Shown piece by piece: positions 1-5,460 of a stretch of DNA of 11,997 nt. A model generated the notes under the pieces. That model was not told the DNA's origin. It saw nothing but the letters and a program-made list of their open reading frames with translations, and did no database searches. Within the stretch, counting starts at the first letter, position 1, and every line of letters starts with the position of its first letter. The stretch is from Marine Group I thaumarchaeote (GTDB lineage: Archaea; Thermoproteota; Nitrososphaeria; Nitrososphaerales; Nitrosopumilaceae). Location of the stretch: contig CP054849.1 in NCBI GenBank assembly GCA_044358425.1, positions 647,484-659,480 of the forward strand, read 5' to 3'. The position numbers and the translations under genes were made by a program.

Positions 1-2
1 AG

Positions 3-335
3 ATATCAACTCATAGCTTGAGAGCTTTCTTTTTCACTCAAGCTGTTAGAAAGCATGGGGAAAACTATGCTCACAGACTGACAGGCCATTCAGGATATCT
101 TATGCAATACGATAGAATGAATGAGGAAGAAAAGTTGAAGCTGTATATCGAGCTTGAAGCTGATTTGTCAATTTATGACTTGACAAAAGCAAACGTGGAA
201 ATTGAAATATTGAAGACTATGCAAACAAAAGAAAACAAAGAACTCAAAGAAGAACTTGATGAGTTAAAGCTTCAACTTGCACAACAAGGCCTTGACATTG
301 TTGATAAGCTAAAAGATGATGGTAAGATATTGTAG
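3..335 (+). CDS. Tyrosine recombinase/integrase, C-terminal part (5' end outside window)
   Basis: The frame is open upstream of the listed TTG18 and reads ISTHSLRAFF. This gives the HxLR motif (H 12-14, R 21-23), LTGH (H 87-89) and a candidate catalytic Tyr in QYDR (108-110), followed by a coiled-coil-like tail (ENKELKEELDELKLQL). Confidence 0.88.
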   Translation: MSTHSLRAFFFTQAVRKHGENYAHRLTGHSGYLMQYDRMNEEEKLKLYIELEADLSIYDLTKANVEIEILKTMQTKENKELKEELDELKLQLAQQGLDIVDKLKDDGKIL

Positions 336-358
336 AATTTTTTTTTTCTACATATCTT
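324..358 (+). terminator. Inverted repeat with T10 tract over the integrase stop; likely terminator
   Basis: AAGATATTGTAGAA (324-337) pairs with TTCTACATATCTT (346-358) with one bulge. The T10 run at 338-347 starts 2 nt after the TAG stop (333-335). Confidence 0.55.
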
Positions 359-401
359 CTATAACATTTTTTTCAACCTAAAGATTTTATTCTATTTCTG
401 C

Positions 402-434
402 AAACTATACGTATAGTTTTGATAGATTTTTAAC
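402..434 (+). promoter_or_regulatory. Perfect 18-bp palindrome (operator candidate) next to BRE/TATA-like box of ORF 455
   Basis: AAACTATAC|GTATAGTTT at 402-419, purine-rich GATAGA at 421-426 and TTTTTAAC at 427-434, about 25 nt before ATG455 (leaderless archaeal spacing). Confidence 0.6.
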
Positions 435-454
435 ATAGAGACACCAGCTAGATT

Positions 455-691
455 ATGGTTTTTTCAAAAGAGGACAAAGAGGACATTTCCTTTATCCCTT
501 TTAGTCAAGATAGCCTAATGCTTTCAATGACTTATCGTGCAACTTGTTGTAACCATAAAGGGATAACATTCGATATTCCTCAAAGCGTTGATGAAGCTAC
601 AAGCTTTGAAGCATGGGAACAAATCAAGGCCATGGAACATCACTTGAAGAAAAATCCAAAGTGCAAAATGATTAGGAGCTTGAAAGATTGA
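455..691 (+). CDS. Small hypothetical protein, possible Zn-binding (CCNH ... HH ... C)
   Basis: ATG start behind a promoter-like box. Its stop overlaps the next start (TTGA at 688-691). Confidence 0.6.
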   Translation: MVFSKEDKEDISFIPFSQDSLMLSMTYRATCCNHKGITFDIPQSVDEATSFEAWEQIKAMEHHLKKNPKCKMIRSLKD

Positions 692-966
692 AAGCACTAT
701 ACAGAACAAGCCTAAAGGGTTTTCAGGCCTTAGAGGATATCAAACGATTTCAAAGAGATTTGGAAAATATGAAATATCAAAATCCTTTTACATTTTTGAA
801 AGAGGATTCAGTAATTCGATATAGACACACCGTAAGGCGTGAAAGGGTTAGACGTTTAGCAAAATTAGGCTTAACACAAAAAGAAATTGCAGCAGAAACA
901 GGTCGCTCAACACGCACGATTAGGCGCGATATCAAAGCAATTCGTGAACACTTAGATCTTGACTGA
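688..966 (+). CDS. Helix-turn-helix DNA-binding protein
   Basis: C-terminal GLTQKEIAAETGRSTRTIRRDIKAI is a typical HTH pattern in a basic protein. The TTG start is coupled to the upstream stop; ATG769 is an alternative start. Confidence 0.78.
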   Translation: MKALYRTSLKGFQALEDIKRFQRDLENMKYQNPFTFLKEDSVIRYRHTVRRERVRRLAKLGLTQKEIAAETGRSTRTIRRDIKAIREHLDLD

Positions 967-1591
967 TATTACAAAGAGTATTAGATTTTCAATAACTCAA
1001 TGGGAACAGCTTGAAGAAGATGTTAAGAAATATCGTTACAAAAATCCATCAGATTGTTTACGAGCTTGTCATGAACTATTTCAAAAATTCATGTCTTACA
1101 AAGATACTTTGAATGATCCTAATGAAACTAAGAAATTCCTAGCAGAAACATTACCAATGTTCCAAGCTGAAAAGGCCTTTGATAGATATGAAAAACTTGT
1201 TGAAGGTTTGACATTAGATCAAAGGAATATGTTTTTCTTTGCATTATCACAAGAAAGAAACAGTAGGATAGCAACTTTAGCAAAAGCTGATAGAAATAAC
1301 AAACTTCGTATGCAAAAAGGTGGGGAATTAATACCAAAAGTAGAATATCGTTTGGTTAATCATGATGATTATCAATACTATGAACCAATAGAACCACCTA
1401 ATCAATACGATGATGGCAAAGACTGGAACAAACTATCACATACTGATAGAGTAACATTGAGAGATGAATTAGAATTGAAATTATCAGAACTTGAAAAAAA
1501 GTATCCTGAGGATAGTAAAATGACTTTCATTTTGCGTGACAATGTTAGAAAAATCAATGAACAATTAGAAAAAGAGGATAAAAGAATATGA
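959..1591 (+). CDS. Hypothetical protein with N-terminal ribbon-helix-helix (CopG/Arc/MetJ-like) pattern and helical C-terminus
   Basis: TKSIRFS (alternating beta strand), QWEQLEEDVKKY (helix), NPSDCLRAC (S-D-x-L-R helix). 210-aa ORF overlapping the upstream gene by 8 nt. Confidence 0.65.
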   Translation: MTDITKSIRFSITQWEQLEEDVKKYRYKNPSDCLRACHELFQKFMSYKDTLNDPNETKKFLAETLPMFQAEKAFDRYEKLVEGLTLDQRNMFFFALSQERNSRIATLAKADRNNKLRMQKGGELIPKVEYRLVNHDDYQYYEPIEPPNQYDDGKDWNKLSHTDRVTLRDELELKLSELEKKYPEDSKMTFILRDNVRKINEQLEKEDKRI

Positions 1592-1601
1592 GAAAAAGAA
1601 A

Positions 1602-1638
1602 TGTAATAATTAATAATTATTTAATAATTAATATTACA
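1602..1638. repeat. A/T-only imperfect palindrome built from TAATAATTA units
   Basis: TGTAATA...TATTACA ends; 33 consecutive A/T at 1604-1636; TAATAATTA at 1604, 1611 and 1622. Confidence 0.6.
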
Positions 1639-1783
1639 AATTATATCATTAGTGCTTTTCCTTGGAAAGGTGTCTATTTTACAAAATATCATTTAACTAA
1701 GAAATACTTGCCCTACTTTACAAAAACTAAGTAACTCTTTTCTCTCTTAATGGATAAGTCTTGAAAAATAGGCACGAAAATGC

Positions 1784-1939
1784 TTATCTAAAAATTTCTT
1801 CTATCTTTTTTCGTCCATCTTTTCCTATCATAAAGAAAGCTCCAGCACCCAATACTACAGTTGGAATTGCCAAGTATAGAATATCTGATAATGGGTCTCC
1901 ACACATACTATCTATCACAATAACTAGTATTTCAAACAT
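1784..1939 (-). CDS. Small single-pass membrane protein, 51 aa (not in ORF track)
   Basis: Manual translation: MFEILVIVIDSMCGDPLSDILYLAIPTVVLGAGAFFMIGKDGRKKIEEIFR*. A hydrophobic stretch ILYLAIPTVVLGAGAFFMIG is followed by a basic tail. Alternative ATG at 1906. Confidence 0.55.
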   Translation of the reverse strand: MFEILVIVIDSMCGDPLSDILYLAIPTVVLGAGAFFMIGKDGRKKIEEIFR

Positions 1940-1987
1940 TGGGGTATCTAGTAGTTCCAGATATTGTAATTTTAGGAATTAAAAAAA

Positions 1988-3034
1988 TCAAATACCTATA
2001 TTAGATTGATTTTTTGATTGCTCATTAACATAGGTTATTCCAGAAGGAATTGACATATTCAAACATCTCATAACTGCTATATCAAAAATTCGATTAATTA
2101 TATTGTTAAAATTAAAGCCTGCAGTTTTTGCAGATTTTACTAAAGAACTGCCAGAGCCAAGACTTGCCATTGAGTTTACTTCTAAAACATAGAGATTTCC
2201 TAATGAATCCAATCTTAAATCAATTCTACAATAATCATGTAGATTCAATTTTTCAAAAATTCTTAAACAAGTTTTTTTAATTTTTATCTCTAAATCTAAT
2301 GGAATGTTAGCTGGACACATCTTAGAAATTAATCTTTTTGATTTTGTTTGTTTAGTTTGAATCAACATAGGATCATGACCAAAATCAAACTCTATGATGG
2401 GAAGTATCTCAACTTTAGGCGAATTACCAATCATACTTACGGTAAATTCTCGACCAGGAATAAATTGTTCAACTAGTGCCTCTTGTTTAAAGTCATGTGT
2501 AACATTATTTAGAAAATGAGATAATTCTTGAGGATCTTTTGCAACGTGTATTCCAGAAGAGCTTGATTCCATTACAGGTTTGATGATTACTGGAAATTTA
2601 ACCTTGTTAAAATTATTAGACGGAGATTTGAAATGCCAGTATTTGGGAGTCAATATTCCATAATTTTTTAGAATAATTTTGGTTAAAATTTTATTTTGAC
2701 AAACAGAATGTGTCTCAGGAGATGACCCTACATATGGAACACCAATCATTTCTAAAATTGATGGAACATGAGAGTATCTACTTACCCCTTGAATTCCATA
2801 AGCCATGTTAAACACCATGCCAGAAACTTCAATATTAGAAAAGAAAGACTGAAGTTCATTGATGATGTTTTTGTTACCATTAATGATTTTGACCTCATGA
2901 CCATTCTTAGATAAAGCAGCAGCAACTTTTGAGACTGTTTTTTGACTATAATATTCAGAAGTATGAATTCCAAAAAAGTTTACAACATCATCAGGTACAA
3001 TTGGTTTGTCATTATAAACAACGGCAATTTTCAT
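1988..3034 (-). CDS. D-alanine--D-alanine ligase-like ATP-grasp enzyme (non-canonical)
   Basis: Ddl-family ATP-grasp motifs are present: VFNMAYG, LEMIGVPYVGS, NKILTK, FPVIIKPVMESSSSGI, ALVEQFIPGREFTV, CPANIP, YCRIDLR and YVLEVNSMASL. Confidence 0.85.
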   Translation of the reverse strand: MKIAVVYNDKPIVPDDVVNFFGIHTSEYYSQKTVSKVAAALSKNGHEVKIINGNKNIINELQSFFSNIEVSGMVFNMAYGIQGVSRYSHVPSILEMIGVPYVGSSPETHSVCQNKILTKIILKNYGILTPKYWHFKSPSNNFNKVKFPVIIKPVMESSSSGIHVAKDPQELSHFLNNVTHDFKQEALVEQFIPGREFTVSMIGNSPKVEILPIIEFDFGHDPMLIQTKQTKSKRLISKMCPANIPLDLEIKIKKTCLRIFEKLNLHDYCRIDLRLDSLGNLYVLEVNSMASLGSGSSLVKSAKTAGFNFNNIINRIFDIAVMRCLNMSIPSGITYVNEQSKNQSNIGI

Positions 3035-3210
3035 TTTTGTCTCATCTCTGATTCCTCAGAATCAATCTTGGGATTCAGTATTTGTTAATAAACTAATCTT
3101 TTTTTTAATTTGAAACTTGATTAGATAAAAGATGCATCAGTTGTTACGTAAAAGAATGAAAAAAGTTAACTTGTCTTATATTTGAGCGAGTTCAGAATCT
3201 AAAATTTTGC

Positions 3211-3519
3211 ATGGTTCAGACTAAAGCCCAAAGAAGTGCTGCAGCAAAAAAGGCTGCAAGGACTCGTAAAAGAAATGCCAAGCTAAAAGCAGAAGCTGCA
3301 GAAAAAACTGCTGCTTATAGAAAGAAAGCAGCTCCTAAGAGAAAAGCAGCTCCTAAGAGAAAAGCAGCTCCTAAGAGAAAAGCAGCTCCTAAGAGAAAAG
3401 CAGCTCCTAAGAGAAAAGCAGCTCCTAAGAGAAAAGCAGCAGCAAAAAAGCAAAGTATTTCAAAACGTAGCGTGTCAAAGAAAAAGACAGTTGCTAAATC
3501 AAAAGGAAAGAAGCGATAA
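3211..3519 (+). CDS. Histone H1-like Lys/Arg/Ala/Pro-rich basic protein (putative nucleoid protein)
   Basis: MVQTKAQRSAAAKKAARTRKRN N-terminus, six KAAPKR repeats and only two acidic residues. TTATATTT box at 3176-3183 upstream and a pyrimidine tract downstream. Confidence 0.75.
   Translation: MVQTKAQRSAAAKKAARTRKRNAKLKAEAAEKTAAYRKKAAPKRKAAPKRKAAPKRKAAPKRKAAPKRKAAPKRKAAAKKQSISKRSVSKKKTVAKSKGKKR
3325..3440 (+). repeat. Perfect 18-bp tandem repeat AAAGCAGCTCCTAAGAGA x6 plus 8-bp partial
   Basis: Identical units start at 3325, 3343, 3361, 3379, 3397 and 3415; partial AAAGCAGC at 3433-3440. In frame, encoding KAAPKR. Confidence 0.97.
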
Positions 3520-3592
3520 ATGACATTCAATCCCATTCTAGAATTATTTGTAGCCAACATCTAGAAAATGAAGATTTCAGAGATTAATCCAA

Positions 3593-3613
3593 TCTTTTTC
3601 TTCTTTTTTCTTT
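3593..3613 (+). terminator. Pyrimidine/oligo-T tract, probable archaeal terminator of the basic-protein gene
   Basis: TCTTTTTCTTCTTTTTTCTTT about 75 nt after the stop at 3519. Confidence 0.45.
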
Positions 3614-3666
3614 ATTCCATTTACCAGACTAATTTAATAAATATCGTATATTTTTAAAAAAAAATA

Positions 3667-4173
3667 GTGAAACAAGTATTCATTATTTCAATTGTTGTAG
3701 TGATTTTGATTGGAATTGTATTTTTTAGTACATTGTACTTTAATGAAACATCTCAAGAAGTAAGGGAATTTGATGAAAGTATTAGTTTCTCTGAAGTACA
3801 CATTTACACCACAAATTCAGAGATCATAGTTAACGCAGAGATTGCCAATACTCCTCAAAAACAAAGTCAAGGATTAATGTTTAGAGAAAATATGAAATGG
3901 AATCATGGCATGTTATTTATTTTTGACAATGAAGATATTCTATCATTTTGGATGAAGGATACGCTAATTCCATTGGACATGATATTCATTGATAAAAATT
4001 TTAGAATAATCAATATTATTAATAATGCAATACCATGCAACATGAAAACATGTCCAGATTATTCTTCTGAAAAACCTGCAAAGTATGTTTTAGAAGTGAA
4101 TGCAGGGTTTGTAAAAACAAATGATATAGAATCAGGAGACTTCATTTCCATTAATTTTAACCCTAAAAAGTAG
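3667..4173 (+). CDS. DUF192 family protein with N-terminal membrane anchor/signal
   Basis: EIANTP..QSQGLMFRE, GMLFIF, FWMKDTLIPLDMIFID, PC...CP.Y and YVLEVNAG. Hydrophobic N-terminus; GTG start. Confidence 0.92.
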   Translation: MKQVFIISIVVVILIGIVFFSTLYFNETSQEVREFDESISFSEVHIYTTNSEIIVNAEIANTPQKQSQGLMFRENMKWNHGMLFIFDNEDILSFWMKDTLIPLDMIFIDKNFRIINIINNAIPCNMKTCPDYSSEKPAKYVLEVNAGFVKTNDIESGDFISINFNPKK

Positions 4174-4268
4174 GTGTTCTAACTGTTGCAATTGTTGGAA
4201 TTAGAAAACTTACCATTGCACGTTAAATCTTAAACTAAATTTTTATTTGAAGTAGAAATAGCAAGTCT

Positions 4269-4796
4269 GTGCCATTTGTAAAAGAAGGAGATGAATCAAA
4301 CCATGATGTTTCATCACTGTACAAGGAAATTAATGATGAATTACAAATTGGTAAAATTCCTAATATTTTAAAAACTACATCCATAGATCCTCCAATTGCT
4401 AAATGGTTTTGGGAAGGTGTAAAAATTATTTTATTACGAGATTCCTCAATCCCTAGAACTTTGAAGGAATCCATCGCAGTTGTAGTGTCAAATGCAAATT
4501 CATGTAATTATTGTACTCAAGCTCATTCAATGTTATTGCAGTTAATGGGATTTGATGAAGAGAAAATAAATGATTTAAAAAATAATTTTGAGAATTTTCC
4601 AGAAAAGGAAAAAGCTGTGTTGAATTATGCATTAAAAATTAACAACTCTGCAAATAAAACAACTTCTGCTGATCACAAAATCTTGATTAATTTGGGATAT
4701 GATGATAAACAAATTGTAGAAATTACTTCTGTGGTAGCGGCATTTAATTGGGCAAATATTATAGCTGATGCATTAGGTACTGAAATGGAAGCATAG
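4269..4796 (+). CDS. Carboxymuconolactone decarboxylase/AhpD-like peroxidase-related protein
   Basis: AhpD-type core LKESIAVVVSNANSCNYCTQAH (CxxC...H) and C-terminal GYDDKQIVEITSVVAAFNWANIIADALG; GTG start. Confidence 0.9.
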   Translation: MPFVKEGDESNHDVSSLYKEINDELQIGKIPNILKTTSIDPPIAKWFWEGVKIILLRDSSIPRTLKESIAVVVSNANSCNYCTQAHSMLLQLMGFDEEKINDLKNNFENFPEKEKAVLNYALKINNSANKTTSADHKILINLGYDDKQIVEITSVVAAFNWANIIADALGTEMEA

Positions 4797-4875
4797 TTTT
4801 TTAGACAATTTTTGATCTGCTAATCAATTTTTTCATACTTTTTTAATTTTAACAAAAATTTTTGAGATAAATCAA

Positions 4876-4942
4876 GCCAAGATTACAAAGGAAATGAAAA
4901 GAAGGGGGATTTGAACCGAACCGGAATTCATGTAATCTGGGC
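4876..4942. ncRNA. Candidate structured RNA, hairpin A (function and strand unknown)
   Basis: GCC-A-AGATTACA (4876-4887) pairs with TGTAATCT-G-GGC (4931-4942), 11 of 12 bp. Inner TGAA/TTCA at 4895-4898/4927-4930; followed by ATACTTTTT. Confidence 0.3.
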
Positions 4943-5029
4943 ATACTTTTTGTATTAATGAAAATTAATGACATGATCAATTTTTTTATTCATTTTTTTA
5001 TTTATGAAAATTTTTCTAAAGAGAGTATT

Positions 5030-5100
5030 GCCATGGGTAATGCTGGGCTGCGATAATTCAAACTAACGCATCTTTTGGGATTATCGCTCTACCTTGTGGC
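5030..5100 (+). ncRNA. Candidate structured RNA/leader element upstream of gatC, hairpin B
   Basis: Outer stem GCCATGGG/CTTGTGGC and inner stem GCGATAATTC/GGATTATCGC. Four G-U pairs work only on the + strand. Visibly GC-richer than the flanking intergenic DNA. Confidence 0.4.
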
Positions 5101-5195
5101 TAAATTAACGATCCATAGGTGAAATTTGTCAATTTTTAAAAAAATGTGTAGTAAATATAGGAAGATTGATAGAATAATCACATAGGTTAACGAAT

Positions 5196-5459
5196 ATGGT
5201 TACAACTGAAGAAATAGAACACGTTTCAAAATTAATGAAAATAGATGTTGATAATCATAGTGAATATTTAGAAAAAGTTCAAACGATGATCAGTTATTTT
5301 GACATTTTGGATTCTGCAGGTGTTGAATCTGAAGAAATCTCAATGCCAGAAATTTCAATTGAACAATTAAGAAATGATGAGTATATTCCATTTGATGAAA
5401 AATTAATTGAAAAAATGAATCATTACAAAGGAACCTACGTAAGAGCACCAAAGATGTGA
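5196..5459 (+). CDS. gatC: Asp-tRNA(Asn)/Glu-tRNA(Gln) amidotransferase subunit C
   Basis: EEIEHVSKLMKI N-terminus, LRNDE and YVRAPK C-terminus; 87 aa, directly before gatA. Confidence 0.85.
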   Translation: MVTTEEIEHVSKLMKIDVDNHSEYLEKVQTMISYFDILDSAGVESEEISMPEISIEQLRNDEYIPFDEKLIEKMNHYKGTYVRAPKM

Positions 5460-5460
5460 T

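Larger units (their letters stand above)
1..1640 (+). mobile_element. Probable segment of an integrated element (integrase plus small DNA-binding-protein operon); boundaries not determined
   Basis: An integrase is followed by three co-oriented overlapping ORFs with HTH and RHH patterns and no recognisable housekeeping function. No att repeat pair is visible in the window. Confidence 0.55.

Noticed and set aside
18-20. TTG18 as start of a 105-aa protein
   Set aside because: It lies inside the HSLR catalytic motif and the frame is open to the window edge, so the gene starts upstream.
1761-1982. Listed + strand 73-aa ORF
   Set aside because: No recognisable features; it is largely the antisense shadow of the more protein-like minus-strand ORF 1784-1939.
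3031-3084. Minus-strand frame whose TGA overlaps the ligase ATG, suggesting a remnant upstream gene
   Set aside because: Only 17 sense codons are open before an upstream stop; indistinguishable from chance.
3325-3440. Repeat array as CRISPR
   Set aside because: Head-to-tail 18-bp units with no spacers, in frame within a gene, and no cas genes.
3315-3560. Minus-strand hydrophobic ORF with LLGAAF repeats
   Set aside because: Antisense reading of the KAAPKR repeat; the + strand gene has the promoter and terminator signals.
4904-4917. T-loop fragment as right att site of the integrase element
   Set aside because: Only 14 nt, and a minus-strand tRNA 3' duplicate would place the element to its right over gatCAB rather than toward the integrase.
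4849-4974. 41-aa minus-strand ORF (MSLIFINTKSMPRL...)
   Set aside because: Short, atypical composition and no supporting motif.
4895-5105. tRNA gene on the minus strand (GGTAGAGCG at 5093-5085, GGTTCAAATCC at 4917-4907)
   Set aside because: The motifs are about 170 nt apart, the D and T stems do not pair properly, and there is no acceptor stem or anticodon arm.
4876-5110. Canonical T-box, TPP or fluoride riboswitch, or HDV-like ribozyme
   Set aside because: No GGUGGNACC antiterminator consensus, no CUGAGA/CCUGAU TPP core and no fitting pseudoknot; only fragmentary resemblance.
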